This document shows, in pieces, positions 48,156-56,569 of a DNA stretch of 64,000 nucleotides. Position 1 is the first letter of the stretch. Each line of letters begins with the position of its first letter. Made by a program: the position numbers and the translations under genes. This DNA is from Trueperaceae bacterium (lineage in GTDB: Bacteria; Deinococcota; Deinococci; Deinococcales; Trueperaceae): the NCBI GenBank assembly GCA_965213925.1, contig OZ243927.1:1984001-2048000 (forward strand), read 5' to 3'. The notes below the pieces were generated by a model. That model searched no databases and was not told where the DNA came from. It was given only the letters and a program-made list of their open reading frames with translations.

Positions 48156-48449
48156 CTACCGCTCGAGCAGGCGCACCTCTCGCGCCGTGACGTTTCTCCC
48201 CTCGAGCGAGCCGCGAATATAGAGGGTGTTCCCTACGGCGATATTCCCTAGGGTCAGCGCGTCGCCGCGCTTCGACACGACGCGCGTCTCCTCCGACGCC
48301 GCGACGCGGAGCGCGCCGCCGCGCTCACTCTGCACCTCGAGCGGTTGCGCTGAGATGACCGTCGCGGTAAACGCCGTGTCGGGGATGCAGTCCGCGGCGG
48401 GCGCGCAGGCGGCGAGTAGGGAGAGAAGGATAAAATATAGAAGCTTCAT
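48156..48449 (-). CDS. Small lipoprotein (DUF5666/OB-fold-like)
   Basis: Lipobox LAAC; ...IAVGNTLYIRG....VTAREV. Confidence 0.65.
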   Translation of the reverse strand: MKLLYFILLSLLAACAPAADCIPDTAFTATVISAQPLEVQSERGGALRVAASEETRVVSKRGDALTLGNIAVGNTLYIRGSLEGRNVTAREVRLLER

Positions 48450-48672
48450 TACGCACACTATAGCCTAACGGCACCGGGCGTTGCAGCGAAGCTGTAGGGA
48501 GCAAAAATCGACTCGCGCCGGTCAGGACTGAGCACGCGTCTGTCCCCTTTACTACCTTGTCGCTACGCTACACCTCCAGGCGTAGCCGCGTGACATGCTG
48601 AAGTGTTGTGAAGACGCGCCGCTGGGGGCTCCTGGGGGGCGGCGGACAGACGGAACGCTCGAGGAGACGCAC

Positions 48673-49647
48673 ATGGCAGTTAAAGACTTTAGCCCTGAAG
48701 AAGAGTCCAAAGACGAAATCGAAGCCACTGACTATCAGGAAAATGCCCCTTCCGTTAAGGACGCGCCCGCCTCGGGACAGGCGGTGCGCGACAGGTTCGG
48801 CTTCGATGAGATTTTCAAGCGCGTTTTAGCTACCGCGGACCACGAACTTTCGCGCCCGCTGGCGCTGCTTTTCTGGAGCGGGTTTGCGGGCGGCGGTACG
48901 CTGGGTTTCAGTCTGCTCGCTAAAGCGGCGATGGACGCGAGTACGGGCAGCGAGATGCTCGGCAACCTCGTCTATCCCATCGGCTTTATCTTTTTGATTA
49001 TCGGGCGCTATCAACTTTTTACTGAGAACACGCTGACACCCGTCGCTTTAGTTTTTACCCGCCTGGCGAGTTTAAGAGATTTGGGGCGAATTTGGGGCAC
49101 CGTCTTTCTCGCTAACATTCTGGGTGCGATGGCGATCGCGCTGCTCTTCGCTACCACGCCCCTTCTCAACGTCGAAGCGGCGGAGGCCGCGCGGGGCTAT
49201 GCCGAACACCTCATGGAAGTGTCTTGGTCGGCAGCCTTTTTCAAGGCGATCGTGGCGGGTTGGATTCTAGCCGGGCTCGTTTGGCTCGTTCACGCCGTGC
49301 CGGACAGTATCTCGCGTGTCCTGCTCATCTGGTTCCTCATGTTCGTCCAGGTGTTCGCCGCCCCCTTCCACTGCATCGTTGGCTCGGTCGAGGTGCTTTA
49401 CCTCGTCTTTTCGAGCGGCGTACATGTCGGCGAATATCTAGGCCAGTTTCTGTTGCCCGTGACGCTCGGTAACACGGTAGGCGGGGTCGTTGCCGTCGCC
49501 TTACTCAACTACGCGCAGTTCGGCGCGGACAAAGAGGGCAGCCCCTTCGCGGAGCGCGGCGAACGGCTCTCCTGGGACGAGTGGTTCTTCGCGAAAACGC
49601 ACCGGACGCCCTCAAAGCCCTTCGGCGGTCTGGGTAAAGGCGACTGA
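48673..49647 (+). CDS. Formate/nitrite transporter (FNT) family protein, paralog 1
   Basis: YPIGF, QLFTENT, HCIVGS, LGNTVGG; GAGGAG SD before ATG 48673. Confidence 0.88.
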   Translation: MAVKDFSPEEESKDEIEATDYQENAPSVKDAPASGQAVRDRFGFDEIFKRVLATADHELSRPLALLFWSGFAGGGTLGFSLLAKAAMDASTGSEMLGNLVYPIGFIFLIIGRYQLFTENTLTPVALVFTRLASLRDLGRIWGTVFLANILGAMAIALLFATTPLLNVEAAEAARGYAEHLMEVSWSAAFFKAIVAGWILAGLVWLVHAVPDSISRVLLIWFLMFVQVFAAPFHCIVGSVEVLYLVFSSGVHVGEYLGQFLLPVTLGNTVGGVVAVALLNYAQFGADKEGSPFAERGERLSWDEWFFAKTHRTPSKPFGGLGKGD

Positions 49648-49694
49648 CCGGCACCACTACACGCTAAACGCAGCCTATTTCGTACAATGAGGTT

Positions 49695-50522
49695 ATGTCC
49701 GAACTCTCTGCGCCCGACTTCATAGCGATGTGGCGCTTCGAGCCCATCCCCATCGCCCTGACCTTTGTCGCGCTGCTTTTTTACACGTTGGGGACGGGTC
49801 CGCTACGCTCCCGCTTCTTTCCCGGTCGTCCTTATCCCGCGACCAAAGCGGCGCTCTTCTACCTCGCTTTGACGGTACTCACGCTCGTCTTCGTGTCGCC
49901 GCTCCACACGCTAGGCGAGTTCTACCTCTTGAGCGCGCACATGGCAACGATGATGGTCGTGATCTTCGTGGTCGCGCCGCTCTTCTTGCTCGGCATTCCG
50001 GGCTGGTTGATCGCGCCCTTGGCGCTGCATCCGGTGATCAAACCCATCTTGCGCTTTTTGACGCGGCCCGTTGTCAACGTGATTCACTTCAACGCCGCTT
50101 TTCTCCTTATCCACCTGCCCTTCGTGCTCAAGCCGCTGATGTTTTCGGCCGACGCGCTGCACTACTACACCTACTTCGCTATTTTCGGCTCGGCCGTGCT
50201 GATGTGGTGGCCGCTCATGAACCCTTTGCCTCACGATTTGCCCAACCCGACCTACAAAACGCAGATGATCTACCTGCTCGTGCTCATCACGGCGCATAAC
50301 CCTTTCTCGAGCGTCTTCTCGTTTTACCCCGGTATCATCTACCCTTGGTATCAAGAGGTGCCCAGAGTCTTTAACCTGAGCGCCCTGCAAGACCAACAGC
50401 TCGCCGGGGTGATCATGGGAACGATTTACATCACGGTCATGCTCATCGCGCTCGCGGCGGTGTTCGTACGTTGGTTTAGCGAGGGGGAGACGCGGAGTCA
50501 GCCGTTCGCCGATTTAGCTTGA
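49695..50522 (+). CDS. Cytochrome c oxidase assembly factor (Caa3_CtaG family)
   Basis: SPLH, LSAHM, APLFLLG, WWP, DQQLAG motifs. Confidence 0.82.
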   Translation: MSELSAPDFIAMWRFEPIPIALTFVALLFYTLGTGPLRSRFFPGRPYPATKAALFYLALTVLTLVFVSPLHTLGEFYLLSAHMATMMVVIFVVAPLFLLGIPGWLIAPLALHPVIKPILRFLTRPVVNVIHFNAAFLLIHLPFVLKPLMFSADALHYYTYFAIFGSAVLMWWPLMNPLPHDLPNPTYKTQMIYLLVLITAHNPFSSVFSFYPGIIYPWYQEVPRVFNLSALQDQQLAGVIMGTIYITVMLIALAAVFVRWFSEGETRSQPFADLA

Positions 50523-50646
50523 GAAACGTAGCGGACGCGTAAACATCATCGTCGGGGCGCTTTTCAGCAGGGATCAGGGCTAGGCGCATTCACCTATTGA
50601 CTTGCCACAACGCCGCTATGCGCCTATAAGCGTTACACTTTCCTTT

Positions 50647-51555
50647 ATGTTAGATGACCTCAGCAGACTCACCGCCGCCGATGAGCGCGGCTTTTTAGCA
50701 CGTTTAGCCGCGCTTCCCGGTTCTTACGACGGTCCTGATGGGCTCCGCGCCGAACCCTACGGTCTCATCAGTTTCGGTGAAGCGAGCGCTTTGAGCATTG
50801 CGCTGCGGCGTTGGGTAGACGCCCCTTTAGTCGTCTCCGGCACACAATTTATGCTCGCGTCGGGCTTCGACTACGGCGAACTCGGGGCGCTTAAGGTCAG
50901 CCTCGAGCTGTCCGACGTCTCCGTCGTCACGCTCGGTCATGAGGCGTACGGGCCAGACTTCCGCGTCGAACCAGGCGTGCTGAGCCCCTACACGTACGCG
51001 AGCTACCTCGCCCACGCCACCGGGCACAGCGAAGCGTTGGCGCGAGCTGAAGCGGTCATGGCGACGCTGCGCGACGGGCTCCGACCCGAAGTCGAGACCG
51101 AGCGTAATCCCGCTAAGATGCTCGCCTGGGCGCTCTGGAACCGCGTCCCTCTTCTCATCGCACCCAAAGGTGACGCGGGCGTGCTTACTCTCTTGCAGCG
51201 CGTCTTCGCGCGGGTCGGCAAATCGCTTAGCGTGAACGCCGGGGAACACCCTTTGGAGTTCTTAGCAGGCGCGTTCGAGGGGCGGCACAGTCTCGCGGAT
51301 GACGTCGTCGGTGTTGTGGTAGGTGCAGAAGACGAGGAGATTGGCTTAGCGAAAGAGGTGCTGGACACGCGGGCGGCGCAACTTGAATCTCTGAGCATCC
51401 CTTTCGGTGGTGTCAGTGAGCCGCTCGCTGACCCTGGGGCTAGGGCTTTAGTCTTTTGGTACATAAGCCTGTGGGTCGCGGCGTACTTGGCATTTCTCCA
51501 TGAGCAGAGCCCGGAAGATAGCCAAGTCTACGAAGCGTTACAAAAGGTTCAGTAA
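50647..51555 (+). CDS. SIS-domain protein resembling bifunctional phosphoglucose/phosphomannose isomerase
   Basis: NPAKMLAWAL..RVP, ARVGKSL, C-terminal WVAAYLA. Confidence 0.65.
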   Translation: MLDDLSRLTAADERGFLARLAALPGSYDGPDGLRAEPYGLISFGEASALSIALRRWVDAPLVVSGTQFMLASGFDYGELGALKVSLELSDVSVVTLGHEAYGPDFRVEPGVLSPYTYASYLAHATGHSEALARAEAVMATLRDGLRPEVETERNPAKMLAWALWNRVPLLIAPKGDAGVLTLLQRVFARVGKSLSVNAGEHPLEFLAGAFEGRHSLADDVVGVVVGAEDEEIGLAKEVLDTRAAQLESLSIPFGGVSEPLADPGARALVFWYISLWVAAYLAFLHEQSPEDSQVYEALQKVQ

Positions 51556-51571
51556 AGAGTAGAAAACAAAG

Positions 51572-51607
51572 AAGAAGTGCTTAGCGGCGATATGCTAAGC
51601 ACTTCTT
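51572..51607. terminator. Bidirectional terminator-like inverted repeat
   Basis: Perfect 14-bp stem AAGAAGTGCTTAGC/GCTAAGCACTTCTT between convergent genes. Confidence 0.7.
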
Positions 51608-51621
51608 ACGGCGTCGGTGCG

Positions 51622-52725
51622 TTAGTCTTGCTCGAAGCGGATATTCATCTCATCTTCCATGCCGAACGCTTGCATCTTTTCGCGGTCCGCGAGCAGCTCG
51701 ATCTGGTCGCCGGCTTCGACCCTCGCGTGCGGGTCCACGCGGGCGACGAGGTTCTGGTCGCCGTCTACCGAGGCGATGATCTGCGTTTCTGCGCCCAAAG
51801 GCTCGACGACTTCGACCGTCGCTTTGATGATGTTGTTCTCTTCGGGAATCTCGGTGAGTCCGCGGACACCCAAGTCCTCGGGGCGGATGCCGAAGTAGAC
51901 CTTTTTGCCGTCGTGCTTCTTGACTTTACGGAGCAGCTCGTCGTCGGGCTTGACGCTAAAGCTGTTGCTCTGAATCATGCCGTCTTTGACCGAACCTACT
52001 AAGAAGTTCATAGCGGGCGAGCCCATGAAACCGGCGACAAACTTGTTGACGGGCTTTTCGTAGAGGTTGATGGGCGTGTCGACCTGCTGGATAAAGCCGT
52101 CTTTCATGACCACGATGCGCGTGCCCATCGTCATCGCTTCGACCTGGTCGTGCGTGACGTAGATCGTCGTGACGCCTAAGCGCTTATGCAGCTTCGAGAT
52201 CGAGGCGCGCATCTCGACGCGGAGCTTCGCGTCCAAGTTGGACAGCGGCTCGTCCATCAAGAAGACCTTCGGCTCGCGCACGATGGCGCGGCCCAGGGCG
52301 ACGCGCTGGCGCTGCCCGCCGGAGAGTTCTTTAGGGCGGCGGTCTAAGAGGTGCTCGATCTGCAAAATTTGCGCGGCTTCTTTGACGCGCGTTTCGATCT
52401 CGTCTTTGGGCGTTTTGCGCAGACGAAGACCGAACGACATGTTCTGGCGCACGTCCATGTGGGGGTACAAGGCGTAGTTCTGGAAAACCATCGCGATGTC
52501 GCGGTCTTTGGGCGGCACGTCGTTGACGACCTTGTCGCCGATGCGGAGCGTGCCCTCGCTGATCTCCTCGAGCCCAGCGATCATCCGCAGCGTCGTCGTT
52601 TTGCCGCAGCCTGACGGACCTACGAAGACCATGAACTCCTCGTCTTGAATGTGCAAGTCGAACTCTTGAACCGCCGTCACCGGACCGAACCGCTTGTAGA
52701 CGTTATCCAGCACTACCTCTGCCAT
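51622..52725 (-). CDS. Sugar ABC transporter ATPase (MalK/MsmX/UgpC family)
   Basis: GPSGCGKTT, VFQNYALYPH, LSGGQRQRVALGR, DEPLSNLD, TOBE tail; AAGGAGG SD. Confidence 0.93.
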   Translation of the reverse strand: MAEVVLDNVYKRFGPVTAVQEFDLHIQDEEFMVFVGPSGCGKTTTLRMIAGLEEISEGTLRIGDKVVNDVPPKDRDIAMVFQNYALYPHMDVRQNMSFGLRLRKTPKDEIETRVKEAAQILQIEHLLDRRPKELSGGQRQRVALGRAIVREPKVFLMDEPLSNLDAKLRVEMRASISKLHKRLGVTTIYVTHDQVEAMTMGTRIVVMKDGFIQQVDTPINLYEKPVNKFVAGFMGSPAMNFLVGSVKDGMIQSNSFSVKPDDELLRKVKKHDGKKVYFGIRPEDLGVRGLTEIPEENNIIKATVEVVEPLGAETQIIASVDGDQNLVARVDPHARVEAGDQIELLADREKMQAFGMEDEMNIRFEQD

Positions 52726-52825
52726 ACCAGCCTCCTTAGGGTCTTCTCTTCCTAATCTTATTGTGTCATTCACAGTGCGTGTGATGTTTTACTCTAACAC
52801 AGTTGGGCGAAGAAGAGAAGGGGGC

Positions 52826-53746
52826 TCACATCCGTGTCGTACCCGTTATCCATTCGCGCCACGAGAGCTTGTCGCCGCGTTCGGAAAACTGCCCCTTGTC
52901 CTCGCCGAACTGCATGTAGTTCAAAAACGCGACAAACACAACGCCGCCTAGCGTGTTGCCGAGCACGACGGGGACGAGAAAGCGGAAGAGGTAGTCGCCC
53001 AAGCTCGCGCCGCCCTTAAACATCAAGAAAAGCACCTCGACGGAGCCGACGATGCAGTGGAAGAGGTCCGCTGAGACCTGCAGGTAGATTAAAAGCCAGA
53101 TGAGGACGACCCTCGAGAGCGTGTCCCGCGCCGCGTGAACGAGCCAGACGATGCCCGCCAGAAGCCACCCCGCCAGGATCGCCTTATAGAAAGCGTCCCA
53201 CCAGCCCTCGCTGATGAGGTGTTCGCCAAAGCCTATGGCGGCTTGCGTCGCTTCGGGCGTGAGCACGCCCGTGTAGGCGAGCAGCATCGCAAAAAGCGCC
53301 GCCCCTATGATATTCGCGACCAAAACGGTGCCCCAGATGCGCAAGAGGTCGGGCAGGCTTGCCAAGCGCGTTAAGACGAGCGCCACGGGCGTCAGCGTGT
53401 TCTCCGTAAAGAGCTGGTAGCGCCCTAAAATAAGAAAGATAAAGCCCACCGGGTAGAGCAAGTTGGCGACCAAGCCGCTGCTATCGAAGGGGGCTAGGGC
53501 GGTAAAAACAGCCCGCGCCAAGATGCAGAGCCCCAACACGAGCCCCGCTGTGAGCCCGCTCCAAAAGAGCAGGCTGTTCGAGCGCCCCAGTTCCTCGTCG
53601 GCGGTGGCTAAGACGCGCCTATAGATTTCGTCCAGGTTGAAAAAGTCGGGCACGGCGTCCGCTTCGGCGGGCGCGTCCTGAACGGAATGCGGCACCTCGC
53701 CGGGCGGCACCTCTTGGGCGTCTAACGTCTCGTTGACCTCAGCCAT
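52826..53746 (-). CDS. Formate/nitrite transporter (FNT) family protein, paralog 2
   Basis: YPVGF, QLFTENTLTPV, HCIVGSVE, LGNTLGG. Confidence 0.88.
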   Translation of the reverse strand: MAEVNETLDAQEVPPGEVPHSVQDAPAEADAVPDFFNLDEIYRRVLATADEELGRSNSLLFWSGLTAGLVLGLCILARAVFTALAPFDSSGLVANLLYPVGFIFLILGRYQLFTENTLTPVALVLTRLASLPDLLRIWGTVLVANIIGAALFAMLLAYTGVLTPEATQAAIGFGEHLISEGWWDAFYKAILAGWLLAGIVWLVHAARDTLSRVVLIWLLIYLQVSADLFHCIVGSVEVLFLMFKGGASLGDYLFRFLVPVVLGNTLGGVVFVAFLNYMQFGEDKGQFSERGDKLSWREWITGTTRM

Positions 53747-53917
53747 GAAACCCCTCTCGGTTGCTTCTGGATTGCCTCTCAGTTGCTCGGTGATTTTACC
53801 CTAATGTCGTCACCGCAAGTTTTTCGGAAAGCCGGTCCTATCGGTGCGCTCGAGCGTTTGCACGACTATTCGAAAGGTGAACCTCAACCGCTGCATTGAC
53901 GCTTCAGTAGCGCTCAC

Positions 53918-54104
53918 TACTCTGTCAACTAAAAGATGAGTGATGTCATTCTGAACGCAACGAAGTGGAGTGAAAGAATCTCGTCTTTCATTCCCAACCA
54001 GCCGAGATTGCAAGACGAGACCCTTACGCCTTCGCCGAAGCTTCGCTCTACTTCGTGAACAGGGTGACATCAGTAAGAAGTATCAATACTTAGTTGACAG
54101 TGTA
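53918..54104. mobile_element. Repeat family B (MITE/REP-like), copy 1
   Basis: Terminal inverted repeats TACTCTGTCAACTAA / TTAGTTGACAGTGTA (14 of 15); interior GTCATTCTGAACG...GAATCTCGTC...GACGAGACCCTT...CAGGGTGAC shared with copy 2. Confidence 0.75.
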
Positions 54105-54255
54105 CTCACACGCTGCACAAGTATAAAAGTCTACACGCGCTCCGTTATTCGCGGCTTTACAATTGGCGAGGGATGAGGTAAGTGTTACTACTGCGCCAAC
54201 ATTGAGGCTTTTCTCTTCACTGCGCCTAACTTTATTGATGATACTAGGGAACGAT

Positions 54256-55842
54256 ATGGACAGCGTTCTGTCACAACGTAGCGAGCAAACCTCCGCGCCA
54301 GACCGTGTGCGGCGGGCGCGTATCTTGATCGTCGACGACCAGAACATCAACCTCGTTCTCTTGACGAAACTCTTAGAGCGTGCTGGCTACAGCGAGATCA
54401 AAACGCTCGACGACCCGCGTACCGTCCTCTCTGAAATCGCTAGCTTCAGACCTGACGCTATCCTCCTGGACGTGCAGATGCCGCATATGAGCGGCTTGGA
54501 GGTGCTCGAGACCCTCCGCGCCCAAGGAGACCCCGACGACTACGTCCCCGTCATCATGCTGAGCGCCAATCCGAGCCAAGCGTTTAGGGAGCGCGCCCTA
54601 GAGGGAGGAGCCACCGACTTTTTGCCGCGCCCCTTCGACGCCAGCGAACTCAAGCTCAAACTGCGCAACGCGCTCCATATCCGCGCGCTCCACCAGCAGC
54701 TGCGCGCGCAGAATGCGGTGCTCGCCGAGCAGGTCGAAGCGCGCACGAAAAGGTTAAAAGAGCGCGAAGCTGAGGCTCTTTTGCACGCCGAGCGTATCCA
54801 AAAGCTCGCCGACCTGTCGGTCCAACTAGAGGTCCTGAGTGACCCCCACGCCGTCGCCCGCATGGGGTTACAGACCTTCATGTCGCTGTGGGATTTTGAC
54901 CTAGGCGTCCTATACAAAGCGGAAAGCGATCTCTTGACGCCGATGCTCACGGTAGGAAAAGCGCCGCCACAAGCATCGTACGTGCTCAAGGAGATTGACG
55001 TTGGCGGTACTGGCGAGCTGCATAGGCGCGTCATAAGTCAGGGTAAGCCCGTATTCGTTGCCGACTACAGCACCTGGGAACACGCGACGCCCAGGCTGAG
55101 CGCCACAGGTTTGCGCACGGTGATCGCGTTAGCGCTCAAGGTGAACGGCGCGATATACGCGGCGATGTATATCGGCAAGTTTGGCGGCGTCGCCGAAGTG
55201 GACGAAAACGCGCACAACGTCCTCCAAGCGATTCAGCGCCGCGTCGAGCGGGCGTTAGAGCGCATCGAACTCCTGGAGAACTTGCGCGACACCCGCGAAG
55301 ACGCCCTGCGCGTGGTCGGCTTGACCTTGGAATACCGCGACTACGAGACGAAGGGGCACACCGACCGCGTGACGGACCTCGCGCGGCGTTTGGGCGACGC
55401 GGTCGGACTCGACCAGACCCAGCGCGAGCACCTCTTATGGGGCAGCTACCTCCACGACACGGGCAAGATCGCCATCCCCGACCAGATTTTGCTCAAACCC
55501 GGCAAGCTCACGGACGAAGAGTTCGACTTTATCAAAACGCACGTGACGATGGGCGCGGATATGCTCAGCAACCTCGCCTTTTTGCCGCCTGAAGTGCTAG
55601 GCATCGTCAAGCACCACCACGAACGCTGGGACGGACGCGGCTACCCCGACGGGCTCGCGGGCGAAGCGATTCCTCTTCTAGCGCGCATCTTCTCCATCGC
55701 CGACGTGTACGACGCATTGACGAGCGAGCGCCCCTATAAAAAAGCCTGGACGCACGAGGACGCCATTGCAGAACTCGAGCGGCAGGGCGGGGCGCAGTTC
55801 GACCTCACGCTCATCGACGCTTTCGTCGCCCTGTTCGAGTAA
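54256..55842 (+). CDS. REC-GAF-HD-GYP response regulator phosphodiesterase
   Basis: ILIVDD..., LLDVQMP, GAF-like middle, ETKGHTDRV, LHDTGK, HHERWDGRGYP; start moved to ATG 54256. Confidence 0.9.
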   Translation: MDSVLSQRSEQTSAPDRVRRARILIVDDQNINLVLLTKLLERAGYSEIKTLDDPRTVLSEIASFRPDAILLDVQMPHMSGLEVLETLRAQGDPDDYVPVIMLSANPSQAFRERALEGGATDFLPRPFDASELKLKLRNALHIRALHQQLRAQNAVLAEQVEARTKRLKEREAEALLHAERIQKLADLSVQLEVLSDPHAVARMGLQTFMSLWDFDLGVLYKAESDLLTPMLTVGKAPPQASYVLKEIDVGGTGELHRRVISQGKPVFVADYSTWEHATPRLSATGLRTVIALALKVNGAIYAAMYIGKFGGVAEVDENAHNVLQAIQRRVERALERIELLENLRDTREDALRVVGLTLEYRDYETKGHTDRVTDLARRLGDAVGLDQTQREHLLWGSYLHDTGKIAIPDQILLKPGKLTDEEFDFIKTHVTMGADMLSNLAFLPPEVLGIVKHHHERWDGRGYPDGLAGEAIPLLARIFSIADVYDALTSERPYKKAWTHEDAIAELERQGGAQFDLTLIDAFVALFE

Positions 55843-55862
55843 CCTCTACTCACCTTTCGTCA

Positions 55863-56034
55863 GTGCTACACTCTCCCTCATGAGCCGCAAAGGGTACGAG
55901 TTTTTTGACGACGAACAGGTTTTGGAGACCTACACGTCGCGCAGGAACCTGCCGACGAGCCCGAACGAAACCATCGAATACCCTATCTTCCGGGAGCTGA
56001 TAGGGGAAGTCGGGGGCTTAGATGTCCTTGATTT
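55863..56034 (+). repeat. Left direct repeat (~170 bp): -10 box plus 5' end of the methyltransferase gene
   Basis: Closely matches 59376-59546. Confidence 0.9.
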
Positions 56035-56038
56035 TTGA
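55880..56038 (+). pseudogene. Truncated 5' copy of the SAM-dependent methyltransferase
   Basis: MSRKGYEFFDDEQVLETY...GLDVLDF*, ending at the start of SAM-binding motif I. Confidence 0.85.
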
Positions 56039-56112
56039 GGTTGATAGAGATGGAAGAGGGGAAGGAATAGTAGATAGAAGTACTACCCTCAGTTAGCTGA
56101 ACTCTATTTAGC

Positions 56113-56508
56113 CTATTTTTGGTATTGCCGGAGCAGATATAAGGGTAGAACCCCAACTACCAACCACCCTATAGAAATCCAGACAGCAGGGCTAATAGAC
56201 CAAGAATTAAGTATTTCGTAGACCGGCAACCAAACGAGAGATAAGAGAATGTAACTGCAAGCTAGATATCTCTTATCTCCGTGATCCTTCAGTTTGATCT
56301 TATTTGTACGGTTTGCATAGATTAAGAAGATCAACGCTAAGGTAAACACTGTGAGATTTTCGGAGAAAGTTTCGCCAGAAACCCAGCCCGCTAGAAATGA
56401 GCAGATGAAGAGAACGAAAATCCATGACCACCAATATTTAGTCTCCAAGAGGAAGACGCTTAGAGGTAGACCTAAAAGAAGGAAGGGGAAAATCATCACC
56501 ATAATCAA
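56113..56508 (-). CDS. Small multi-pass membrane protein (candidate immunity protein); may really start at GTG 56573
   Basis: 131 aa, four to five hydrophobic segments; one extra base at 56521-56523 would extend it to a GTG overlapping the upstream stop. Confidence 0.65.
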   Translation of the reverse strand: MIMVMIFPFLLLGLPLSVFLLETKYWWSWIFVLFICSFLAGWVSGETFSENLTVFTLALIFLIYANRTNKIKLKDHGDKRYLACSYILLSLVWLPVYEILNSWSISPAVWISIGWLVVGVLPLYLLRQYQK

Positions 56509-56569
56509 TATTAATGCTTGAAACTAGAAGACCACCAGTGGCGGTAGCCTTCTATCTTTCTACTTAGTA

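Noticed and set aside
53810..54176. Short ORFs here and a similar one at 60138-60326 (MSPCSRSRAKLRRRRKGLV)
   Set aside because: They are translations of repeat family B, with no independent coding signal.
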